A stretch of DNA of 64,000 nt from Bacteroidales bacterium. Lineage in GTDB: Bacteria; Bacteroidota; Bacteroidia; Bacteroidales; UBA932. Below the pieces are notes generated by a model. That model saw only the letters and a program-made list of their open reading frames with translations, made no database searches and was not told the DNA's origin. The position numbers were made by a program, and so were the translations under genes. Positions within the stretch are counted from its first letter, which is position 1, and each line of letters opens with the position of its first letter. Shown piece after piece: positions 53,069 through 63,634 of this stretch. The DNA lies in NCBI GenBank assembly GCA_017962705.1, contig JAGCUV010000141.1:1894-65893 (forward strand), read 5' to 3'.

Positions 53069-56000
53069 TCAGTTTTTCAGAAAGTCTTCGGTCTGGGACC
53101 ACATATACTCGGCCATAAAGGCCATCCCCGCCGCATTCGGATGGACACCGCTGCCTTTGGGGATCGGGTTGTAAGACGGGTCCAAAGGGGTTTTGTAGTT
53201 GCCGTTGAGCGCAAAGAAGTCCACAACGGCCGCACCATAATGGGCGGCTATCTTGAGGATGGACTGCTCGCAGGTGGCATTCACGCCATCCCCGATGCAC
53301 ACGATGATTTTCAGGCCGCTGCGACAGGTGACTCTGGCCAGTTGCAGAAGTTTGATGTAGGCCAGGATAAAACTGTCATCCGGCAAGGCCGCCACCTGGG
53401 AAGCGGTCGTCGCAGCATCAGCCGAAGCAAACCAGCCGGCAAACTCGCTGTCCGTGGGAACGGAGTCGCCAGTAATCTTGTATCCCGGAGCGAGGCTGCT
53501 GGAGGACTCGGGCTTGACGGTGCTCCCCTGATAGCCATAGTCGTTGGTGCCGCCATTGACAATGAGCACGTCCGCATCGCCGAAACCGTCTGCTGCCGCA
53601 CGGGCGTAGAAATAACGGTTATACCAGTGCGTACCCGAGTAGGCGGAATCCGTGATGCGATGGACCAGCGAACCGCTCCACGCAAGATTCTTGCATAGCT
53701 CGGCATTCGTCATATACTCGTAAATGAACTTGTACCAATAGGTCTGGTCCACGGTCTCTACGCCGGCCGCCGGATAATACTTGCGGTAGCCGCTGACGAT
53801 ATAACCTTCGAAGGTAGAAATGGAATCGCCGATGATGCTGACCTTGGTCTTGCTCACGGAAGGCGTTCCGGGTGTAAAATTCGCGTCGCCGCAAATCTGC
53901 CAGGCATCCGTTGTGGTTCCATTCTTGTTGCCGTGCTCGATGGTCCCGCTGGCGGGATAGGTACAACTGCTGATATAGCTACCTGTCACGGAAGAGCCTG
54001 CTATGGCGCCGCCCTGGGTAAAGTTCGGCGTATTGGTATCCGTCAGGACAGCCCGGATGACATTGACCGCGCTGGAACAGTTGGAAAGGGAACTGCCGCT
54101 GTCCAATTTGGCAACAATGCCGCCACCCTGAACCATCTGGCGTGAGACGAGGGTCGTACCGTACATATGGCAGTTATTGACCGTACAGTCCGACACCCAT
54201 CCGGCGATGCCGCCGATATACCAGGCCGTGGAGCCGTTGGCGTTGGCCCAAGAACGGCAGCCGGCGATATCTGCAAACTCGGCATATCCTACGATGCCGC
54301 CGCTGAAGCCGCGGCTCACCACCAGGTTGTCCGTGGTCACCTCGCAGTCCGTGATGGGAATCCGGGCGATGGGCAAGGCCTTGACATAGCCAGCGATACC
54401 GCCGGTATAGGCCGCGACGGTGCTGCTCACCGTGTTGGTAAACTGCTGGTTGGTCACCGTCCCCGCGTTGGAGCAATTTGCAATGCCGGAAGCCCCGGCC
54501 AGATAGGCTACGATGCCGCCGGCAAAACACGAAGTCGAATTGACCTTGGTGGTATTGCCGCCGTGGACAGTGCCGCTGTTGGAGCAGCCGGAAAGGGAGA
54601 CATTGCTGGTCGCATAGCCCAGGATGCCACCGAAGCAGTTGTCCGTATGGGCAACAGTTGTAGCATCGATATCCAGAAAGACTTCTCCCTCCTTGTTTTC
54701 ACCTCCCTCGTTGACGCAGCCGGAGATTTCCCCGTTACCCGCCATCTGTCCTACTATGCCGCCCAGACGGACATTCTGGGCGACGCGGGCGGTGTTAGAC
54801 CACTGGAAATGGACATACCCTGCGTTGCGTGTATTCTTGACGGAACCCTCCGAGTGCCCGACGATACCGCCCAAGCGATAACCGTCGTCAGGCACGCGAT
54901 TGCTATTGGTATTGAAAAGAACTGTTCCCTCATTGGAAATCGCCTTTGAAGCGCCGCCGTCCAACACCCCGCTGTTCCAACCGATGACGCCGCCCAAACA
55001 AACGCCGAATCCCGTCGTTCCCATCTCCAGCCGGCTCAGCGTGACTGTTCCCTGGTTGTGGACATCGGAGACCGAAGAAGAAAGATTCTCCCCGATGATG
55101 CCGCCTATATAGGGATACCTCGCCCCATAGATGGGATCCACGCCGGCCGTGCCGAAACCGATAGCCGCCGTATTGACGCAATGACCGTCCACCGCACCGA
55201 GGTTCAGCCCCACGATGCCGCCGGCGGACTGCAAGCGCGTATTGGAATAATGCGTGACCGAACCGTTGTTGGTGCAGGCCGTGACGGTCCCGTCCGCTTT
55301 GTTCTTGCCAACGATGCCGCCCGTTTTGAGATAGCGGGCCTGGGCGTCCGTATCCGAGTCGGAAGCCCTGACGACCGTGACCAGGACGCTGGCGTCATTG
55401 GTACAGCCGGACACCGTTCCGCTGAGGTTCTCTCCCACGATACCGCCGACAGCGGAATAATAGGCCACCGTACTCTTGTGGACGATGATGCCCGAGCCGG
55501 ACGTACCGGAGACCGCTTCGTTGCTGGCGAGGGCCCGGCAGGAAGTGATGCTGCCGCCATTGTTATAGCCCACCACGCCGCCGATATCGGTGTAGGGGGT
55601 TTCCTTGGAAGTAGAGCTAATCTGCGCCTCGTTGCTGATGGCTCCGCTGAAAGTCGAGCCGGAAATGCTTCCCGTATTGGTAAAACCGCCCACCAGACCG
55701 CCGACCAGGAGCAATTGATTGGCGGCAAAGCCGGAAGGGGTGGAAACCAGACCGCTGCAGGAGCAATCTTTCACCGTCCCCGTGGTCGCGCGTCCGACCA
55801 GACCGCCCAGCAGGGTCTGCTGGGTAATGCCGGAGACAGGGGCCAGCGAGACGGAAGCGGCGGAACTGACACGTTCCAGCGCGCCTCTGTGGAAGCCCAC
55901 GACAGCGCCGAAACGCCCCTGGGCCGTATTGGCGTGGGTAAAAACAAACGAGCAGTCATCGGACAGGTTCAGGTCCCGGATGACTCCCTGCCCCTCAACC

Positions 56001-57124
56001 GTCTGGAAAAGCGGGACGGTCGCCTGCAAGCCGCTGATGCTGTGTCCCGCTCCGTCCAACAGGCCGGCAAAACCATTGATGCCGCCGGTGGCGTTGAAAG
56101 CCGTCGAAGAGACCTCGTCGAAGCTTATGTCATCGGAGAGGGTGGCGACCAGCGATTTTCCGCTGTAATCCCCCCGGTTGCAGGCCGCCGCGAAATCCAC
56201 GAACTCCCCGGCGTTGGAGATGACGACATCCATCTCCGTACCGGTGGGAACGAAGGCAAATTCGCTCATCGCATATAGATGTCCGGCCTCAAGGTTCACC
56301 GCCTCGGTCTTGCTCTTGACCATATAATGGCCGTTGGCATCCACCACGGTGACATCGTAGCCGCTGGCATACGCGCCGGCGGGAACCACGAGATAATAGA
56401 CGGCCGCCGTTTCGGTGGAAAGCGGCTGCGCCACGCGCAGTTCCTTGTCCTTGGGAGCATCCGAAACGCCCGTAAGCGCGGCATTTTGATAATCCAGCTC
56501 GAAACGGCCGCAGACCTGCTCCCCGCCGCGCCCCTTGAAACGGACGGAAACAATCGGATCCGTGTCGGGCTCGACTGTCGCGCGCGCCACTTGAATCTTC
56601 AGGATGGCGCAGAGGTGGTGGATGGAAAGGTTGGCTTCATCGACGCCATAGCCGGCCATCGGGAAGCTCCCTTCGGCAAAGCCCCCCGTCCTGTAATCCT
56701 GAACGGCCGGGAGGGAGATATGCGTCCCATCTTCGTAAACGGATGCCGGATACAGCATCTTGTACGGGCTGGAAAGCGGCTCCGCAAAGGTGAAAGCGAT
56801 GGTTTGCGTCTTTTCCGGCAGGTCTTCCGGCAAGGGTTGGGACACAAGTCCGTTGACGGCAATCCGATCGCCGGCGGACCAGTACAGTTTGCGTATGTTG
56901 CCGACAGACTCGGCATCCATATGCGTCCGGAGTCCGGAGTCAGACTGCGTCCCGGGGGCCATCTGCGTCACAGGAACCGTCTGCGTTCCGGCGTCCAGCC
57001 GGACCGTCAGACTGGTCGGGGCATCCCCCTGAATCTGCTCAGAAGAATCGCCCTCCAGGGGCTCCTTGCCGCAAGCGGCCAGTAGCGCCAGCGCCGCGAA
57101 AACCGTCAGAAAAGATTTTTTCAT
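53069..57124 (-). CDS. Surface lipoprotein: pilin-like head + GLUG-type beta-helix + C-terminal SGNH/GDSL hydrolase
   Basis: Lipobox LAAC; RT|HMD...YWSAGDRI; many GG(I/L)VG..C.N.G repeats; GDSIS, AWSGS, GGTND, HPN. Confidence 0.8.
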   Translation of the reverse strand: MKKSFLTVFAALALLAACGKEPLEGDSSEQIQGDAPTSLTVRLDAGTQTVPVTQMAPGTQSDSGLRTHMDAESVGNIRKLYWSAGDRIAVNGLVSQPLPEDLPEKTQTIAFTFAEPLSSPYKMLYPASVYEDGTHISLPAVQDYRTGGFAEGSFPMAGYGVDEANLSIHHLCAILKIQVARATVEPDTDPIVSVRFKGRGGEQVCGRFELDYQNAALTGVSDAPKDKELRVAQPLSTETAAVYYLVVPAGAYASGYDVTVVDANGHYMVKSKTEAVNLEAGHLYAMSEFAFVPTGTEMDVVISNAGEFVDFAAACNRGDYSGKSLVATLSDDISFDEVSSTAFNATGGINGFAGLLDGAGHSISGLQATVPLFQTVEGQGVIRDLNLSDDCSFVFTHANTAQGRFGAVVGFHRGALERVSSAASVSLAPVSGITQQTLLGGLVGRATTGTVKDCSCSGLVSTPSGFAANQLLLVGGLVGGFTNTGSISGSTFSGAISNEAQISSTSKETPYTDIGGVVGYNNGGSITSCRALASNEAVSGTSGSGIIVHKSTVAYYSAVGGIVGENLSGTVSGCTNDASVLVTVVRASDSDTDAQARYLKTGGIVGKNKADGTVTACTNNGSVTHYSNTRLQSAGGIVGLNLGAVDGHCVNTAAIGFGTAGVDPIYGARYPYIGGIIGENLSSSVSDVHNQGTVTLSRLEMGTTGFGVCLGGVIGWNSGVLDGGASKAISNEGTVLFNTNSNRVPDDGYRLGGIVGHSEGSVKNTRNAGYVHFQWSNTARVAQNVRLGGIVGQMAGNGEISGCVNEGGENKEGEVFLDIDATTVAHTDNCFGGILGYATSNVSLSGCSNSGTVHGGNTTKVNSTSCFAGGIVAYLAGASGIANCSNAGTVTNQQFTNTVSSTVAAYTGGIAGYVKALPIARIPITDCEVTTDNLVVSRGFSGGIVGYAEFADIAGCRSWANANGSTAWYIGGIAGWVSDCTVNNCHMYGTTLVSRQMVQGGGIVAKLDSGSSLSNCSSAVNVIRAVLTDTNTPNFTQGGAIAGSSVTGSYISSCTYPASGTIEHGNKNGTTTDAWQICGDANFTPGTPSVSKTKVSIIGDSISTFEGYIVSGYRKYYPAAGVETVDQTYWYKFIYEYMTNAELCKNLAWSGSLVHRITDSAYSGTHWYNRYFYARAAADGFGDADVLIVNGGTNDYGYQGSTVKPESSSSLAPGYKITGDSVPTDSEFAGWFASADAATTASQVAALPDDSFILAYIKLLQLARVTCRSGLKIIVCIGDGVNATCEQSILKIAAHYGAAVVDFFALNGNYKTPLDPSYNPIPKGSGVHPNAAGMAFMAEYMWSQTEDFLKN

Positions 57125-57147
57125 TTCTACAAAATTGTCCTCTCAGA

Positions 57148-60100
57148 CTATTCAATCAGATAAGTACCCGAAATCGTCCCGCTGTTACTAGTAACCATTC
57201 TGGAATCAAGCGTGATGGCAGCGCCCTCCAACTTTCCTTTCACGCCACAATCCGCAATCGTAGATCCGCTGGCCGCAGTATATACGAGAACCGCAGGATC
57301 CGTTGCGGCGGCATTGGTTCCTTTTGTAATCGTAGCCCCGTTCACCTTGCACCCGCTGATGGAAGATGTTCCGTCCAACGAATAGCAGATTCCGGCAACA
57401 TTCATAACCGCCCCTACCGAACCGGTAAAAGTACAATCCGAAATAGAAGTACCATTGACTGCCGACCCCAAAATGCCCGCTGCGTCGGTCGCATTATTGT
57501 TGCCTGTAAGCGTTTGGGATGCCGTATTTTGACTGAGAACTGCGTATGCGGCATAAGCGGCAATACCACCTCCATTCCCCCTGTAAATGGTCAAATTGCC
57601 CTTGGAGGATGTGCAGTCGTGGATAGAAGCGTTGTTATCGCCGGTGTTGCCGGCAATCGCCCCCACAATGCCACCCGCAAAAGCACCCGTCTTATTTCCT
57701 GCGGAATTGTTGTAATTCTGCGTCCAGACCGCTCCGGTATTATTGCAATGACCAATTTCCGGCCCATCAAGGGCTCCAAACGATTTGGGCGTTCCATCGG
57801 AATTATAGGTCAGACCAGCCATCACTCCGATAATACCGCCAATGTAGGACACACGTCCATCTTTTTTGTTGGTAGAATAAGTACAATGAATCTGAGCAGA
57901 ATTCTTACAATAACTGACCGTGCTGTTCGCACCGTTTCCAAAACCAATGATACCCCCCAGACTGGTGCGTGCGTAAGCCGTACTTCCGCCATCGCTGACA
58001 TCAATGGTTCCCGAATTTTGGGTATACTGCTGCGTACCTGCGGGTTGGGTTCCTGTGATGGAAATCGTCGCGCTTGCCCAGCCGACAATGCCTCCCAAAT
58101 CAACCGTCGTTTTGGCGCTAGCGCCCACATTGCTGCATAGGATGGCCCCGCTGTTGGAACAATTCTCGATGGAACTGACGGCGGCTGTTTTGCCAACCGT
58201 TCCGCCGATACACATAGGGCCGTAACTGCCAGAAGCATTGTTGTTGCACCAGATTTTTCCTGCGTTGCTGCTGGAAACAACTTGCGTACCGGCGCCTTTG
58301 GTATCAAGATAGCCGACAACGCCGCCCAACGAAGTACGGGCGAAAGCGACGGCGGTCGTTACATCGTTATCAAGAACCACCTCGCCCTCGTTGCTGCAAG
58401 AAGATACAATTACAGGAATGACATCCGTTGCATCCGACGCTCCCGCATAGCCGATAATGCCGCCCATATCAATCATCGCATTCGTCGCGACACCGGGCGT
58501 GTTGTTGAGAATCTTGGCATAATTATGACAGTCCTCAATTTCAGCGGCAGCAACATTGGCACCAACGATTCCGCCCAGATAGTGATACCGGTTGGTTTGG
58601 GCAGAAGTCGCCTCCAACTGATTCGTACGCGAAATAGCCCCGCCTGCATTGTTGTTACAATGGTAAAAATTAACCCCGTCGCCGGCAATACCACCCAGAT
58701 AAATAGACGTGGAATTGCATATGGTAGATATCGCGCCGTTGTTATCACAGGAAGAAACATCCCCCTTTGAACGCCCGGCGATACCGCCGACGCGGCAAGG
58801 CGTCGTGGCGGTGCGGGCCCCGGAGGACTTGAAGGAGAGCGACATGTAATTGTTGCAATGGTTCACGGCGCAGGAAGTCGATTCCACCCATCCTGCGACA
58901 CCTCCGACGCCGGGCACAAAAGTACCGCGGACATCGATGCTTCCAGGAGTCCCGGAAGGAGCGGAATCATTGCAATAGGCGATAGAACCTGTCCCGCTAG
59001 CATAACCGACGATTCCACCCACATAAAAATACAGAGCATTGACAGAAGAAACAATTCCGGTATAATCGGAAGAACCGTCAGAAATAGTAATACTTCCCGT
59101 AAAGTCAGACGAACTGATACTGCTTCCTGTTCCATCCATATAAGCGGAGATGCCTCCTATATAGGCAGCATTCGCCACGGATAGAGATGCACCCGTCTGG
59201 GCACAAACGATATCACCCGTGGCGGAACAGCCACTGACGCTTCCTCCAAACACTCGACCAACCAGCAAACCATAATACTGGGAAGCCGTATTGATGCTTT
59301 CAATATTCTGAATATTCATTGACACGGCGCTGGAACACCCGCTCATCGATCCTTTGTGCCGCCCTACGATAGCGGCATGATAAACATCCGTCGCGGCCGC
59401 AGGAATCGTCAAGGAACAAGTATTATCCAAGTTGACATTTTTAATTTGTCCTGCGCTTCCGGTATAGGCGAAAAGAGGAACAGTGGCATCGAAATGACTG
59501 ATGGAATGATTATTTCCATCGAACACCCCGTGAAAATAGTGGGTATCTTCACCGGTTCCCGGGTCGCCGATGCCGCCCGTGGCGTTGAAGGCCGCCGAGG
59601 TAGCGGCGTCAAAAACGATGTCATCCGTCAAACTGACGACAAGGGCATCGCCCAAACTATCATAAACTCCATTTTTGTAGTCCTGCGAAAAGGCCACCAA
59701 CTGGGAGGCGTTGGAAATCTCGACGCCAAGTTCGGTGGCGGTGGGCACGAACGCGAACTCGGGCATCGCATACAGATGTCCGGCCACAAGCGTCGTCGAC
59801 TCGGTCTTAGACTGGGTCATGATGTGGCCGTTAACGTCTTGGACAATGATATCGAAACCGTTGCTGTACGTCCCGGCCGGCACGACGACATAATAGACGC
59901 AGGCGCTCGCCGTCGAAGTCTCCATCGTCTTGATGACCCGGACTTCCTTGTCGGCGGCAGCCGAAGAGGTGGCCGTCAGCGCGACATTCTCATAATCAAT
60001 CGTGAAAGCGCCGGACACCTGCTCGCCGTTACGGCCTTTGAAGCGCACGGCGATGAGGTTGTCCTCATCCGCGGCAGCCGAAGCGCGCAGGACGGAAATC

Positions 60101-60594
60101 TTCACCAGCGCGCCGAGGTAACCCAGCGTGATGCCTTGGCCACCTGCCGAATAACCGGCCATCGGGTACATTCCTTCCGCGAAACCGCCGGCGCGATAAT
60201 CCTGAATCGCAGGCAAAGCGACGTGCGTCGCATCCGTATAAATGCTCGCAGGATAGACAATGTTATAAGGCGTAGAAAGCACGGCCTCGATATTGAACTC
60301 CGCCGTCTGGCTGTACTCCGGCAATTCGGAAAGAGGGTCGGAAGAAACGCCGTTGACGGCAATTTGGTCGCCGTTGGACCAGTATACTTTGTGCTTGCCA
60401 TCCATCAACACAATATCCATATGGGTCTTGGTGTGCTGGGGCTCGACGGCCTGCGGTTCGGCCAGGCCGACCGTCAGCGTCGTCACGCCGACCGGGGCGG
60501 CAGGGAGAACAGAATCATTGGAAACGACCTGCTCCTTGGCGCAACTTGCCAGCAATCCGATTGCTGCAAGTTCGAAAATGATGCGTGTTTTCAT
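57148..60594 (-). CDS. Surface lipoprotein: pilin-like head + long GLUG-type beta-helix (paralogue of 53069-57124)
   Basis: Lipobox LASC; TKT|HMD...YWSNGDQI; repeated GGI(V/A/I)G..C.N motifs; no catalytic domain seen. Confidence 0.75.
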   Translation of the reverse strand: MKTRIIFELAAIGLLASCAKEQVVSNDSVLPAAPVGVTTLTVGLAEPQAVEPQHTKTHMDIVLMDGKHKVYWSNGDQIAVNGVSSDPLSELPEYSQTAEFNIEAVLSTPYNIVYPASIYTDATHVALPAIQDYRAGGFAEGMYPMAGYSAGGQGITLGYLGALVKISVLRASAAADEDNLIAVRFKGRNGEQVSGAFTIDYENVALTATSSAAADKEVRVIKTMETSTASACVYYVVVPAGTYSNGFDIIVQDVNGHIMTQSKTESTTLVAGHLYAMPEFAFVPTATELGVEISNASQLVAFSQDYKNGVYDSLGDALVVSLTDDIVFDAATSAAFNATGGIGDPGTGEDTHYFHGVFDGNNHSISHFDATVPLFAYTGSAGQIKNVNLDNTCSLTIPAAATDVYHAAIVGRHKGSMSGCSSAVSMNIQNIESINTASQYYGLLVGRVFGGSVSGCSATGDIVCAQTGASLSVANAAYIGGISAYMDGTGSSISSSDFTGSITISDGSSDYTGIVSSVNALYFYVGGIVGYASGTGSIAYCNDSAPSGTPGSIDVRGTFVPGVGGVAGWVESTSCAVNHCNNYMSLSFKSSGARTATTPCRVGGIAGRSKGDVSSCDNNGAISTICNSTSIYLGGIAGDGVNFYHCNNNAGGAISRTNQLEATSAQTNRYHYLGGIVGANVAAAEIEDCHNYAKILNNTPGVATNAMIDMGGIIGYAGASDATDVIPVIVSSCSNEGEVVLDNDVTTAVAFARTSLGGVVGYLDTKGAGTQVVSSSNAGKIWCNNNASGSYGPMCIGGTVGKTAAVSSIENCSNSGAILCSNVGASAKTTVDLGGIVGWASATISITGTQPAGTQQYTQNSGTIDVSDGGSTAYARTSLGGIIGFGNGANSTVSYCKNSAQIHCTYSTNKKDGRVSYIGGIIGVMAGLTYNSDGTPKSFGALDGPEIGHCNNTGAVWTQNYNNSAGNKTGAFAGGIVGAIAGNTGDNNASIHDCTSSKGNLTIYRGNGGGIAAYAAYAVLSQNTASQTLTGNNNATDAAGILGSAVNGTSISDCTFTGSVGAVMNVAGICYSLDGTSSISGCKVNGATITKGTNAAATDPAVLVYTAASGSTIADCGVKGKLEGAAITLDSRMVTSNSGTISGTYLIE

Positions 60595-60596
60595 AG

Positions 60597-60755
60597 TTAC
60601 CAATCCAAATTTTCTTCTGTAATCTCCGGGATGGTCATTCCCGTGTTGCTTCCGGTCATAAAAGACCGCCGGACCTCATAAGGGCCGGACATTCTGGGTG
60701 CCTCGTAGCGTGCTTTGCGCTCCATAGAGCAAGAGGATTTTTTGTTCATGTTCAT
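60597..60755 (-). CDS. Unannotated 52-aa YxxP micropeptide (alternative starts 60749, 60725)
   Basis: Own translation MNMNKKSSCSMERKARYEAPRMSGPYEVRRSFMTGSNTGMTIPEITEENLDW*; fills the intergenic gap and stops 2 nt before the next ATG. Confidence 0.65.
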   Translation of the reverse strand: MNMNKKSSCSMERKARYEAPRMSGPYEVRRSFMTGSNTGMTIPEITEENLDW

Positions 60756-60771
60756 TCTAAAAATAAGATAT

Positions 60772-63630
60772 TTAATTGTTATTCCATTCTACTTTCTGGC
60801 TGTATTCGTTGCCGAACATATCTTTTACGCGAATCTCCCCGGCCGTGCATCCGGCAGACGGCGTCACCGAGAAAATAAGGGCGTCATTCGCGGGCGTACA
60901 AGACTTGCGGTCGCGTTCATTATTAAAACCATCGTACAAGGCGACATAATCGGGGTCGGTGCCGGGCGTAAACGCCATATCCGCCACTTTGGCTCCGTTT
61001 TCGTACCACTCGGGCGCGCTCCAACCCTCGGACCAGTTCCAGATGTTGACCTTGACGGTGCCGTCACCGGTGCGGACGGGAGAATAGGAGCGCATCTGGT
61101 AGTCTTTTCCCTGGCCGACGCTCTTGTAATACCAATCGACCCGGTCTCCCTTGACATTCATCACCATATAGCCTTGGGGGTCGCCGAAAGGGCCGAGGTA
61201 CGCGTTGAAACGAAGGGCGCCGGTAGCGCGGGCCACGCTGATGCACTGGATGTTGGCGGCGCCGTGCTGGGTATCCTTTCCGAAGTGGTTGGCGTAGTTG
61301 TAATAGAAATTCTTGTGATAGTGGCCGTTCCAGGCATACACCTCGCGATAGGAAGACAACAGGTCGAGATACTCCTTGTAGTTGAGATTATACACGCTGT
61401 GCGAGCCGTGGGGAGAAGTGTTCGGGGTCTTGAAGATGTTGTTGTGGGACGCGGTCATAATCACCTTGTCCTTCGGGACATTTTGAAGGTCCGCCTTGAG
61501 CCAGGCGAGGGTCGCATCGTCAATGCCGTAGCCATACTTGTCGGCCGGGGTCTTGCGACCATACATAATGCCGTTGACGGCCACATAATGAATGTCGCCC
61601 AGATCGAAGGAATAATGCTCCGGCCCTACATAGGTTTCAAAATAGATATTGCCCAGATTGGTGTCAAACAGGTTGTTCTGGTCGTAATCGTGGTTGCCGA
61701 TGACATTGAAAGTCGGGCAGTTGATCTTGGCGGCCGCATCCAGATAATCCTCCCAGGCGGACGGCTCATTGTACACGAGGTCGCCCAGATTGATGCTGAA
61801 TACGGGGGTGGAGCAGGAAGCGCGGAAGGCTTCCGCATCGGGAGCCACCGTATCGTGCCAGCGCTCCATCGAGTTGTCCCAGCCAAAGGGCCTCACCTGC
61901 GGGTCGGCAATCATCAGTACGGTATAGTCTTTGACGGGCGCCGCCTTTTCAAGGACGAGGTCGGCGTGCACGGCCTTGGCATAGCGGGGCACGCGGCGGT
62001 AGTGCATCGGAACGCCGTCACGCAAAACGGGACGGGCGTCGGCGGGGATGCTCATATAGATGAAGCGGGTCTTGGCCAGGTCGGAAGTCATCCGGAAGGA
62101 ACCGTCCGCCGCCGTCTTGACATACTGAATGCCGTCAGTCACCCAAATGCCTTCCAGCGGTTGCCCGTCTAGGGTCTTGACGGTACCGCTCACATTGGAA
62201 CCGTCCTGGGCAGGCTGGTTGAGCGTTTGGGCCCAGTCGTCGCAGGGACTGCCGCTGACGCTCACGCCGTTGGCCGCTCCCGCGATAGAACCCTTGCGTC
62301 CGCCGTCACAGGTCACTTTGCCGTCGTTGAAATTGTCCTTGACGGATGCGCGCAGGCCTTCCCGGATTTCCGCGAAAGCGACGACTCCGCCCGCGTGAAT
62401 CGCGTTGCGGTTGGTCTTGTCGTATTTGTTGCCGCCGGACCCGGCGTAGATTTCGCCGTGGTTGATGCAGCGGCTCACATAGGCGCCGGCATCCTGCGAC
62501 TTGGGCGTCATCATACTGCCCACGATACCGCCGGCGGTGCTGCGGGCCCGGGAAGAAATGCCGTCGAAGGAAATCTTGCCAAAGTTGACGCAGCCCCGGA
62601 TATGGACGGGCCGGCTGATGGAGCCCGCGATGCCGGCGGCGTTGGAGGCCTCTTCGCCCAAGGCTTTGACTTCGCCGTAGTTGAAGCAGTCGGCGATGAC
62701 GAGGATTTCGTGGGGAACGCCCGCTATGCCCGCTACGGCGCCGCCGGCTTCACCCTGTGCGGTAATGGCTCCGAAGTTGTCGCAGCGGAGAATATCGGCC
62801 TTGGCCTGGCCGACGATACCGCCTTCCCGAATCATGCCGGGCTTTCCATCTTCGCTCTTGCGCAACTCCACGGTGACTTTGCCCCGGTTGACGCAATACT
62901 TCATCTTGGTCCGGGCGCTATTGCCATAAATGCCGCCGACAACGATGTTGGCCAGGTTGCCGATAGCGGAAATCTCACCGGTATTCTCACAGTTCACCGC
63001 CACGCTGCCCCGGATGGCCTTGGACGTCGCGCCGCCGGCGATGCCGCCGAGGTTCAGGGCGTTTTCCTCCTTAAAATCGCCCGAACTGACGTCCGCCGAG
63101 ATTTTGCCGACATTGCGGCAGTCGCGCAAGACAAAGCGGTTGCTGCCGGCAATGCCGCCCACATAAAGCGGGGCCGCGACATAGCCGCACTTAAAGGTGA
63201 TGGTGCCTTCGTTGACGCAGCCCAGAAGCGTACCGTTGTTCTCATCGGCGATAAAGCCGACGCAGGCGGCCGCGCCCTTGTGGTTGACCTTCATCGCGCA
63301 GGATTTGTCGATGACGAGGTTGCTCACCACGGCATTTTCGCCCACGACCTTGAAAAGGCCGGCCGTCGCATTTTTCCAGTTCTTGATGCGGAATCCCCGT
63401 CCGTCGAAATGGCCGGCGAAAGCCTCGACCTGCGCCAGTTTTTTCACTTTACTGAGGTCGATGTCAGCCGTCAGGACAACCAAGGTGTCGCCCTCGCTGA
63501 AGGGAGATAAGGATTCCCCGTCGTTGCAGGCCTTGATGAAAGCTTCGAAATCCTTGGCATTGCCAATCCCGCCCGCCCACGCGCACACGCACGCGAGCAG
63601 ACAGGCCCATAGTATAATCAGTCTTTTCAT
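60772..63630 (-). CDS. Exported GLUG beta-helix + calcineurin-like metallophosphoesterase (N, catalytic and C domains)
   Basis: Signal peptide VCAWA; GGI.G repeats; VTDG...T.ADG.F; IADPQ, NLGDLV, IGNHD, NGHYH; VNIWNW. Confidence 0.85.
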   Translation of the reverse strand: MKRLIILWACLLACVCAWAGGIGNAKDFEAFIKACNDGESLSPFSEGDTLVVLTADIDLSKVKKLAQVEAFAGHFDGRGFRIKNWKNATAGLFKVVGENAVVSNLVIDKSCAMKVNHKGAAACVGFIADENNGTLLGCVNEGTITFKCGYVAAPLYVGGIAGSNRFVLRDCRNVGKISADVSSGDFKEENALNLGGIAGGATSKAIRGSVAVNCENTGEISAIGNLANIVVGGIYGNSARTKMKYCVNRGKVTVELRKSEDGKPGMIREGGIVGQAKADILRCDNFGAITAQGEAGGAVAGIAGVPHEILVIADCFNYGEVKALGEEASNAAGIAGSISRPVHIRGCVNFGKISFDGISSRARSTAGGIVGSMMTPKSQDAGAYVSRCINHGEIYAGSGGNKYDKTNRNAIHAGGVVAFAEIREGLRASVKDNFNDGKVTCDGGRKGSIAGAANGVSVSGSPCDDWAQTLNQPAQDGSNVSGTVKTLDGQPLEGIWVTDGIQYVKTAADGSFRMTSDLAKTRFIYMSIPADARPVLRDGVPMHYRRVPRYAKAVHADLVLEKAAPVKDYTVLMIADPQVRPFGWDNSMERWHDTVAPDAEAFRASCSTPVFSINLGDLVYNEPSAWEDYLDAAAKINCPTFNVIGNHDYDQNNLFDTNLGNIYFETYVGPEHYSFDLGDIHYVAVNGIMYGRKTPADKYGYGIDDATLAWLKADLQNVPKDKVIMTASHNNIFKTPNTSPHGSHSVYNLNYKEYLDLLSSYREVYAWNGHYHKNFYYNYANHFGKDTQHGAANIQCISVARATGALRFNAYLGPFGDPQGYMVMNVKGDRVDWYYKSVGQGKDYQMRSYSPVRTGDGTVKVNIWNWSEGWSAPEWYENGAKVADMAFTPGTDPDYVALYDGFNNERDRKSCTPANDALIFSVTPSAGCTAGEIRVKDMFGNEYSQKVEWNNN

Positions 63631-63634
63631 TATT

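Noticed and set aside
60604-60771. Structured ncRNA/riboswitch in the intergenic gap
   Set aside because: Only short scattered stems; an uninterrupted coupled ORF explains the region better
175-63510. Many long antisense or alternate-frame ORFs in the track (e.g. 175-2361, 5100-6989, 14252-16069, 27274-28833, 30218-31819, 41631-43172, 60715-62172)
   Set aside because: They shadow well-supported genes on the opposite strand, as expected from high GC3, and show no recognisable motifs
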